Source: Candidatus Latescibacterota bacterium
GTDB lineage: Bacteria; Latescibacterota; UBA2968; UBA8231
Length of the DNA stretch: 64,000 nt
Assembly: GCA_965242865.1 (NCBI GenBank)
Contig: CBDETK010000013.1
Coordinates: forward strand, 4,160,001 to 4,224,000
Reading direction: 5' to 3'
The notes beneath the pieces are model-generated. The model saw nothing but the letters and a program-made list of their open reading frames with translations. It was not told the origin of the DNA and made no database searches. Made by a program: the position numbers and the translations under genes. This document shows, piece by piece, positions 56,722-64,000 of the stretch. Position 1 is the stretch's first letter. Each line of letters starts with the position of its first letter.

Positions 56722-58837
56722 GTGGTCAGATAGCCAGCTCCAGCTAGCAGGCCCCCGCGTAGTCCTGGTCCTGCTGCCCTTCCTACTCGCATTCGTTTAC
56801 TGGGTATATCAGCGGACGTACCCGGACGTTGAGCCTAAGACCCGCATGGTGCTCGTGGGGTTGCGCGGCGCGGCCGTGGCCTTGCTGGCCATGGTGTTGT
56901 GCGAGCCGGTTTTGACGTGGTGGCACCAGCGGGTCGTCCGGCCGCTGGTGCTGGTATTGGTCGATACCAGTCCGAGTATGCGGGTGGCCGGGTCTTCCTC
57001 GCGCCTGCAACAGGCGGCGGCCGTACTAGGGGACGAGCGTTGGTCGGCGCGCTTGCAGCAGGCCGAAGTCCGCGCTTGGGGGTTTGCCGAGTCTGCGTAT
57101 CCGCTCGCGCTCGATACGATTGCGGCTGCCAGTACGCACGGGCAGGCCACCGATATAGGCCGCGCCCTGGCGGCCAGCTTGGAGGCGGTCGCCGAGCAGG
57201 AGCGCGTGCAAGGCGTGGTCCTATTTTCCGACGGAGGCCACAACTTAGGCCGCGACCCAGTGCAGCTAAGCGCGGAACTGGGCGTCCCGGTGTACGCGCT
57301 CGGCGTGGGGGGCGAGGAAGTGCCCGTTGATGTCCAGCTCGTGGATGTACATATACCGGAGACCGGATACGTCGGTCGGCGTCAGCAAATCGACGCCAAG
57401 GTGCGAAGCTGGGGCTATGAAGGGCAGCGCGTGGAAGTCCAGCTCTACGAGGGCGAGCGGTTGCTCGAGAGACAATCCCTGCGGTTGGAGAGCGATGGGC
57501 AGGTGCAGCGCGTCTCGTTTGCGGTGACGCCCCAGCAGCCCGGGCCGCGCATTTTCCGCGTGGTCGTCGCGCCCGTGGCCGGGGAGTTCGCGACAGCCGA
57601 CAACGAAGCACTCGCGGCTACCCACATTCTCGCCGGGCGCACCCGGGTGCTGCTGCTAGCCGGAGGCCCCAGCGAAGACTTGGCCTTTTTGCGCCGCAGT
57701 TTGAGCGCGGATTCGAGCTGGGTCGTTGAGGCCCTGATTCAGCGAGAGCCCGACTCGTTCTACGGCGGGGCGTGGAATCCAGAGCTTTTGCAGGGGAGGG
57801 ACGTGGTGGTGCTGGTCAATCCGGGCGCGTGGCTGCTCAACGGCCCGCCCGCCCCCGCGTTGGTCCAGCACGTGCAGGCTGGCGCGGGTTTGCTCGTCGT
57901 CGGTGGCCCCAAGCTGGCGCGGGCGTGGCGGCCCGACTCGCCGCTCGCCGAGCTCATGCCGCTTCAAGTGGCTGGCCCCGCGCCCTTTGCGTCGGGCGAG
58001 GTTTTGTTGCGGCTCAGCGCGGCCGGCCGGCGTCATCCGGTCGTGCGCCAGCCGGTGGGCGCGGACGATTTGTGGCTGCGGTTGCCGCCGCTGCCGGGCT
58101 ACTTTCGCACATCTCAGCAGCGGCCGGGCACCACCGTGCTCGTCGAAAGCACGGCCGGTCAGCCGGTCATAGCGGCGGGTGCCTATCGCGAGGGCAAGGT
58201 CATTGCGGCCCTGTCCGCGTCTTTTTGGCGACTCGACCTGATGAGCAGCGGCGTCGATGGTCAGCCGCAGACCATTCGGACGTTCTGGCAGGCCGCGGCC
58301 AAGTGGCTCGCGCTCAACGCTCCAAGCGGGCGGGTCCGCGCCTCGACCGAGCGGCCCGTGCATCGGGCGGGCGAAGAAGTGGTTTTCGCGGTGCAGGTCT
58401 TCGACGAATTGCTGCGACCGCAGTCCGGGGCGACCGTGCAGGTCGCGCTGGCCGGGCGGGAAGCGTTCGATTTGCAATCCCAAGGGGCCGGTCACTACCG
58501 AGGCGTCGTGCGGGGGCTGGCCCCCGGCACCTATGAATACGAGGTGCGGGCCGCAGCGGGCGCGGTTACGGGTCGCTTTGTCGTCGAAGAGTATAGCATT
58601 GAGCTGGGGGATTTGCACGCCGATCCGCTGCTCTTGGGCGAGTTGGCCCGCGCCAGCGGTGGCCGCGCCTATCCGCTCGCGGACTGGGAGGACCTGCTGG
58701 AGCAGCTCGCGCCGCGCCAGCGCTGGGTCGAGAAGGCCGAGGTGCTGCCGCTGTGGGGGCCGCTGTGGCCCGCGCTCGTGGCGGTCGCCCTGTTGGCCGC
58801 CGAGTGGTTTGGCCGCAAGCGCAGCGGCATGATCTGA
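56714..58837 (+). CDS. VWA-domain membrane protein with Ig-like and glutamine-amidotransferase-like domains
   Basis: DTSPSM (MIDAS), TDIG, FSDG; GAGLLVVGG; C-terminal EWFGRKRSG. Confidence 0.75.
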   Translation: MSEWSDSQLQLAGPRVVLVLLPFLLAFVYWVYQRTYPDVEPKTRMVLVGLRGAAVALLAMVLCEPVLTWWHQRVVRPLVLVLVDTSPSMRVAGSSSRLQQAAAVLGDERWSARLQQAEVRAWGFAESAYPLALDTIAAASTHGQATDIGRALAASLEAVAEQERVQGVVLFSDGGHNLGRDPVQLSAELGVPVYALGVGGEEVPVDVQLVDVHIPETGYVGRRQQIDAKVRSWGYEGQRVEVQLYEGERLLERQSLRLESDGQVQRVSFAVTPQQPGPRIFRVVVAPVAGEFATADNEALAATHILAGRTRVLLLAGGPSEDLAFLRRSLSADSSWVVEALIQREPDSFYGGAWNPELLQGRDVVVLVNPGAWLLNGPPAPALVQHVQAGAGLLVVGGPKLARAWRPDSPLAELMPLQVAGPAPFASGEVLLRLSAAGRRHPVVRQPVGADDLWLRLPPLPGYFRTSQQRPGTTVLVESTAGQPVIAAGAYREGKVIAALSASFWRLDLMSSGVDGQPQTIRTFWQAAAKWLALNAPSGRVRASTERPVHRAGEEVVFAVQVFDELLRPQSGATVQVALAGREAFDLQSQGAGHYRGVVRGLAPGTYEYEVRAAAGAVTGRFVVEEYSIELGDLHADPLLLGELARASGGRAYPLADWEDLLEQLAPRQRWVEKAEVLPLWGPLWPALVAVALLAAEWFGRKRSGMI

Positions 58838-58944
58838 CGCGCCGCAAGGTGCAAAAAATCGCGGTTTTGTTTATTTTAGGGCATCCCCTCTCCAATCCGA
58901 TTGATCGCTGCTCAACCCAAGGTACTAGCGGAGTCTGTGGCTCT

Positions 58945-61242
58945 ATGTCCGAGTTTGTGCTCATGCCCAAGGGCGAAAAAAGGCCCCAAGTGTTAGGGGT
59001 GCTCCTCCTCGGCCTCGGCGCGTTTTTGCTCGTCTGTTTGATGTCCCATTCGCCGGATGACCGCCCCAATTCGAGTCGGTCGGTGGCGGAGAGTTTGAAT
59101 TGGGGCGGCTGGATCGGCGCGTACGCGTCTTACGGGGCCTTTGCCGGCATGGGGCTGGCCGCGTACGTCTGGCCCATGCTGTTGTTGCTGTGGGGTTGGA
59201 ATAGGGTGCGTTGCCAGTCGGTGGCTTTTGCGGTACAGCGCAGTGTGGGGCTTTTGTTTATGGCCATCTTCATCAGCGTCGCTACGGGCCTGCCCGATTA
59301 TTCGCTGGGCACGGCCTACGCGCTGGGCGGCGTGTTGGGGACCCAGATTAGCGTGGATTTTCTCATACCGTACTTGGGGCGGCTGGGATCGGCCGTGTTG
59401 CTGAGTGCGCTCTTTGTGGTGGCGATGATTTTGACCCCCGGGCTAAACTGGCGGCTGTTGGCGTGGCTGGGCGCGGGCGTGGTGGCTGGCTGGCGGTGGT
59501 TCGGGCGGCTGCGCGTCCCCCGCCTCGTTAGGCCCAAGAGCAAAGCGACAAACCGGAACCGGGACGAAGTCGCCATGGTGCGAGAACCGCGGTCCGCGAT
59601 AAGCCGGCCGCCTCGGGTTGAGGATGGGGATGCGGCACCTCGGAAGCCCATGGTTGAAGAGGTGGCCGCGGCCGAGCCGGTACGCGTGGAGCGGCGAGAG
59701 CGCAAGAAGAAAAGAAAGAAACCGGCGGTTGAAGAGGCGGCGCGTCAACCAGAGAAGGCCGAACCTGCCCGCAAGCCGGCCGAAGCTCGTTACCAGCTCC
59801 CGAGTGCCGCGTTGCTAGAGGAGGTGCCGGCCGACCGCAGCCGCGTTTCTAAGGAGACCTTGCTGGAAAACGCCAAGCTGCTGGAGGGTGCGTTGGAAAA
59901 TTTCGACGTGGTGGGCAAGGTCGTAGAGGTCAGCCCCGGGCCGGTCGTGACGCGCTACGAGGTGGAGCCCGCCCCAGGCGTCAAGGTCAATCGCATCGCC
60001 GCGCTCTCAGACGATCTCGCCCGCGTGATGAGCGCGAAGGGCATTCGCATTCAAGCCCCGGTGCCGGGGAAATCCGTGGTGGGGGTGGAGATTGCCAACC
60101 AAGAGCGGGAGACCGTGTACTTGCGCGAGATCATTGAAGACGAGGTGTTCAGCCGGTCGGATTCTAAGCTGGTCATGGCGTTGGGCAAGACGATTGCGGG
60201 CGAGCCGTGTGCCGCAGATTTGACCAAAATGCCCCATCTATTGGTCGCCGGCGCCACCGGCGCTGGCAAGAGCGTGTGTCTAAACAGCCTGATTTGCAGC
60301 ATTCTCTTCAAGGCCACGCCAGACGAAGTGCGCTTTATCATGGTGGATCCCAAGGTCGTCGAACTGATGATGTACAACGATGTACCGCACTTGGTGGATC
60401 CGGTCATCACCGAGCCCAAGAAGGCTGCATTGGCCTTGAAGTGGGCCGTGACCGAAATGGAAGCGCGCTACCAGAAGCTGGCCAAGCTCGGAGTGCGGAG
60501 TCTGGCCGATTACAATGCCAAGCTGGTGCGCGTCCAAGCCGAGGGCGAGGGGGAGGAAGACGGCGTCGAGCCTGAAAAGCCGCTGCCGTACATCGTGATC
60601 GTAATCGACGAATTCGCCGATTTGATGCTGACGGCCCCCGCCGATGTGGAGACCTCCCTGATGGGGTTGGCTCAGAAGTCGCGGGCCGTGGGCATTCACA
60701 TCATCTTGGCCACCCAGCGGCCTTCGGTGAACGTGATTACCGGGGTGATCAAGGCCAACTTCCCCTCGCGCATTGCCTTCCAAGTGGCGTCCAAGACGGA
60801 CTCACGCACGATTCTCGATCTCAACGGGGCCGAGCGGCTTTTGGGGATGGGCGATATGCTCTTTCTGCCGAGCGGCCAAGGCGAGCCAGTCCGCGTCCAC
60901 GGGGCCTTCATTTCTGGCGAGGAAACCGAGCGTTTGGTTGGGGCATTGAAGGAGAGCGGGTACGAGGCCGAGAAAATTGCGGTGTTTTCCGAGCAGATGG
61001 ATATGAACGCGGGCGCCAACATGCGCGACGACCTCTTTGACGAGGCCGTGCGCTTAGTCTGCGAACACCAGCAGGCTTCCACGTCGTTTTTGCAGCGGCG
61101 CTTGAAGGTTGGTTACTCCCGGGCCGCGCGGCTGATGGACGAGTTGGAGGCCGCCGGCATCGTCGGGCCGATCGAGGGGGCTAAGCCGCGCCAGATTCTG
61201 GTCGAAAGTGCGGAGTTCGCGGAAGAACAGGTGAACGGATGA
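58945..61242 (+). CDS. ftsK: DNA translocase FtsK
   Basis: N-terminal TMs; PHLLVAGATGAGKS, IDEFADLM, ATQRPS, gamma domain LQRRLKVGYSRAARL; start uncertain. Confidence 0.96.
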   Translation: MSEFVLMPKGEKRPQVLGVLLLGLGAFLLVCLMSHSPDDRPNSSRSVAESLNWGGWIGAYASYGAFAGMGLAAYVWPMLLLLWGWNRVRCQSVAFAVQRSVGLLFMAIFISVATGLPDYSLGTAYALGGVLGTQISVDFLIPYLGRLGSAVLLSALFVVAMILTPGLNWRLLAWLGAGVVAGWRWFGRLRVPRLVRPKSKATNRNRDEVAMVREPRSAISRPPRVEDGDAAPRKPMVEEVAAAEPVRVERRERKKKRKKPAVEEAARQPEKAEPARKPAEARYQLPSAALLEEVPADRSRVSKETLLENAKLLEGALENFDVVGKVVEVSPGPVVTRYEVEPAPGVKVNRIAALSDDLARVMSAKGIRIQAPVPGKSVVGVEIANQERETVYLREIIEDEVFSRSDSKLVMALGKTIAGEPCAADLTKMPHLLVAGATGAGKSVCLNSLICSILFKATPDEVRFIMVDPKVVELMMYNDVPHLVDPVITEPKKAALALKWAVTEMEARYQKLAKLGVRSLADYNAKLVRVQAEGEGEEDGVEPEKPLPYIVIVIDEFADLMLTAPADVETSLMGLAQKSRAVGIHIILATQRPSVNVITGVIKANFPSRIAFQVASKTDSRTILDLNGAERLLGMGDMLFLPSGQGEPVRVHGAFISGEETERLVGALKESGYEAEKIAVFSEQMDMNAGANMRDDLFDEAVRLVCEHQQASTSFLQRRLKVGYSRAARLMDELEAAGIVGPIEGAKPRQILVESAEFAEEQVNG

Positions 61243-61883
61243 GATGGTCGTTGGGGGCTGCTTTTTGTTTGGGCTTGACGGCGAGCGCGGCCCTCGGACA
61301 GAGCGGCGAAGAAATCATCGCCAGGGTGCAGAAGCGGCTTGATAGCTACAAGACGTTTTCGGCTCGCTTTGAAAAGCAATTCTACTGGGCGGTGCTAGAC
61401 AAGTACCGCAGCCGCGAGGGCCGAATTTACCTGCGCCGCCCGAACCGCTTTCGCATTGAGCTGGAAGGCGGCGATGTGGTTGTGGCCGACGGCGAGGCTG
61501 TCTGGTCGTATGTCGTCCACAACGGCCAAGTGGTGGTCAGCCCGTACCAAGCCGAAATAAAGACCCCGTGGGAAGTGTTTTTCGACTATACCGAGCGCTA
61601 TGTGTCCATTGCGGTGGAGGAAAGCGCGCTGGGGGGGCGGCCCTGCTACTTGCTGATTATGGCGCCGGAAAACAAAGCCTCGGCCATCGAGCAGATGCGG
61701 GTCTGGGTGACGCCGAGAGGGTGGCATCTCCTGCAAGTGGAGCAGCGCGAGGCCAATGGCAATCGCACCGCGTACGTGCTCAGAGAGCACCGCATCAACA
61801 AGAAAATTGCCGATGAGGTCTTTTCTTTTCAGGTGCCCGAAGGGGTAGAGGTGCTGGACACGAGGGAACCTCCCGTTGAATAA
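61239..61883 (+). CDS. lolA: Outer-membrane lipoprotein carrier protein
   Basis: Signal peptide; RPNRFR, VVADG..VW.Y, F.F.VPEG; directly downstream of ftsK. Confidence 0.85.
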   Translation: MRWSLGAAFCLGLTASAALGQSGEEIIARVQKRLDSYKTFSARFEKQFYWAVLDKYRSREGRIYLRRPNRFRIELEGGDVVVADGEAVWSYVVHNGQVVVSPYQAEIKTPWEVFFDYTERYVSIAVEESALGGRPCYLLIMAPENKASAIEQMRVWVTPRGWHLLQVEQREANGNRTAYVLREHRINKKIADEVFSFQVPEGVEVLDTREPPVE

Positions 61884-63540
61884 GGGGCGGCGGTGGTGGT
61901 GCGCGGCCTTGCTGATCCATGCGGGGGCCTTGGGGGTGGCGGCGGACCAGAACATCTGGATTCTGTTGCGCGACAAAACAGATGCCCACGGCCGGCGCAT
62001 CGCTTGGATGGAGTTGGGGGCCGGTCATTCGGACGCAGAGTTGGACTTACCCGTCCGCGAGGACTATGTCAAACGCCTGCGGGAAATGGAGGTGGTGGTG
62101 CGCTTTTCCTCGCGTTGGCTCAACGCCGTCAGCGCGTGCGTCTCGCCCGAGGTGCAGCCCCGAGTGCAAGCCGCGGACTTTGTCGTGGCAACGCGGCCCG
62201 TCCAGCGCATGCAGCGGCCCAGCCCGCCGCCGCCGCCGCTTGCCAGCCCCAAGTTGCTGCAAAACCGCTATGGCCTCGCCTTGGACCCGTTGGCCCAAAT
62301 CGCCGTTCCCCTCCTACACGACCGCGGTTTTACAGGGGCTGGGGTGCATATCGCCCTGCTTGACAACGGCTTTCACTACGCCGAGCATGCCGCCTTTGAT
62401 TCCATGCGCGTGGTGGCCGAGCGCGACTTTGTCAACGGCGACCGGGTCGTCGGCGATGAAGCCGATCAACCCATCACCGGCGACGAAACGAGCGGCAGCC
62501 AAAACGTGCACGGCGCGCAAGTACTGTCCCTGCTGGCAGGCTACCACCCGGACCACTTTATCGGCGTGGCACCCGACGCCGAGTACATTTTGGCCAAGAC
62601 CGAACTAGACGACACCTTGCCCGAGTTGCCGGCCGAGGAAGATCGCTGGATCGCCGGCTTGGAATGGGCGGACAGCTTAGGGGCGCAGGTGGTCAACAGT
62701 TCGCTGGGCTACAATCGGTGGGACGACGGCACGGGGTACTCGCCAGCGGATCTGGACGGGCAAACCGCGCTGACGAGCGTGGCCGCGGCGCTGGCGGTGC
62801 GGCGCGGCATCGTGGTGGTGGTGGCTGCGGGCAATGAGGCCAACCGAGATTGGCACTACATAACCGCGCCGGCCGATGCGGACGGCGCGATTGCGGTGGG
62901 AGCAGTCGATGTGCCCGGCCGCGACGAGCGCGTACCGCAGATTGCCTCCTTTAGCTCGCGGGGGCCGACAGCCGATGGGCGGATTAAGCCGGATGTGGTC
63001 GCGCCCGGCCGCGGCGTAATCGTAGCGGACCCGCGCGGTGGCGGCTACGTAACCCAGGATGGCACTTCCTTTGCGACCCCCTTGGTGAGTGGGGTGTGCG
63101 CCCTGTTGCTGCAAATCCATCCCGACTGGACGCCGCACCAAGTGCTGGAGGCTTTGCGCTCGACCGCGCTGGACTTGGGCGCGGCCGGCCCCGACACGGT
63201 GTATGGCTGGGGGCAGATCAACGCGCTGGCGGCCAGTGGGCTTTCCGCGGACCGGCCGGAGGAGGACCGGCTGTTGGCCCCCTTTCCCAATCCAGCGCGC
63301 GCCGGAGCGGTGCATTTTCCCGTGCAGCTAGCCGAGCGCGGCCCCGTTGAGTTGAGCGTTTTTGACGCGGCCGGCCGATTGGTGTTTGCCGAGCGGTGGC
63401 TGCTGTGGCCGGGCCGGCACATCCAACCGGGCCGAGCCCCGCGCTGGACGCCGGCCCGAGCGGTGGCTAACGGGATATACTTCTATACATTGCGGTTGCC
63501 CAACCGCCGGCACTGGGGCAAAATTGCCTTGGTGCGCTAG
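61876..63540 (+). CDS. S8 (subtilisin-like) serine peptidase with C-terminal PFPNP sorting-like domain
   Basis: LLDNG (Asp), HGAQV (His), AAGNE, GTSFATP (Ser). Confidence 0.92.
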   Translation: MNKGRRWWCAALLIHAGALGVAADQNIWILLRDKTDAHGRRIAWMELGAGHSDAELDLPVREDYVKRLREMEVVVRFSSRWLNAVSACVSPEVQPRVQAADFVVATRPVQRMQRPSPPPPPLASPKLLQNRYGLALDPLAQIAVPLLHDRGFTGAGVHIALLDNGFHYAEHAAFDSMRVVAERDFVNGDRVVGDEADQPITGDETSGSQNVHGAQVLSLLAGYHPDHFIGVAPDAEYILAKTELDDTLPELPAEEDRWIAGLEWADSLGAQVVNSSLGYNRWDDGTGYSPADLDGQTALTSVAAALAVRRGIVVVVAAGNEANRDWHYITAPADADGAIAVGAVDVPGRDERVPQIASFSSRGPTADGRIKPDVVAPGRGVIVADPRGGGYVTQDGTSFATPLVSGVCALLLQIHPDWTPHQVLEALRSTALDLGAAGPDTVYGWGQINALAASGLSADRPEEDRLLAPFPNPARAGAVHFPVQLAERGPVELSVFDAAGRLVFAERWLLWPGRHIQPGRAPRWTPARAVANGIYFYTLRLPNRRHWGKIALVR

Positions 63541-63557
63541 GGGGCCGAGGAAACGCC

Positions 63558-64000
63558 ATGGTGGTTTCAGCAAGCGAGCGCAAGAAGCAGCTCAACAAAC
63601 GCCTGCGGCTGCTCAACCGAGTCGTTTTGGGCGGCGCGACCCTGTTTGTGCCGATTTACATTGGGGTGAGCCTGACGGGCGGGTCGGCGGACAAGCTGGA
63701 AAACCTGACCCACTTGTTCACCAACATCAACAACCAAGTTGCGCTGACAGTGCCGCCAGACGGGGTGCGCTACATGTACTTTTTTCACGGCTCGCCCGAC
63801 GAAGGCCACAAATTCGTACTCATCAACGTGCGATTGCAGGTAAATTTGCAACTCGCGTGGGCGATTGTGCCGCGGTGTTTTCAGCTCGTTGACGACCGCG
63901 GGCGGCGCTATTATCCGCGGTCGCGATCGCCGTTTTTCATTGAACACAGCGACGAGCTCGAGGGAGCGTGCGGCGCGGTGTACGAGGGGCAGTTGCTCTT
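63558..64000 (+). CDS. Membrane-anchored hypothetical protein (DUF4352-like), partial
   Basis: Manual translation MVVSASERKKQ, TM segment, GHKFVLINV...FQLVDDRGRRYYP; GAGG RBS; open to the window end. Confidence 0.6.
   Translation, partial: MVVSASERKKQLNKRLRLLNRVVLGGATLFVPIYIGVSLTGGSADKLENLTHLFTNINNQVALTVPPDGVRYMYFFHGSPDEGHKFVLINVRLQVNLQLAWAIVPRCFQLVDDRGRRYYPRSRSPFFIEHSDELEGACGAVYEGQLL

Overview
GC-rich bacterial chromosomal window. Secreted proteins with NYPNPFNP (FlgD-Ig/T9SS-like) domains, plus sulfatase, PhyH and GHL10-like genes, suggest an FCB-group organism such as Latescibacterota or Gemmatimonadota (inference). Housekeeping genes include katG, selD, guaB, rdgB, hisG/D/B, moaD/E, tsaD, ftsK and lolA. 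Highlights: (1) a defence island at about 3.3-11.2 kb with an E2-only (short type II) CBASS (CD-NTase, E2, patatin phospholipase), a divergent fused XRE-ImmA/IrrE regulator plus PIN nuclease with palindromic operator candidates between them, and a type IIG-like restriction-modification fusion; (2) two selenoprotein genes with in-frame UGA that the ORF track truncates or misses (SelD and a 77-aa Rdx/SelW-like CxxU protein); (3) a 40.9-45.3 kb block in which the same two RBS/start-codon leaders recur in front of different cargo genes; (4) a 1830-aa surface protein behind a perfect consensus promoter, next to a cohesin-like partner; (5) several families of REP-like palindromes. No tRNA, rRNA, CRISPR array, integrase or transposase was recognised. 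All family assignments come from motif recognition by eye, not from database searches.
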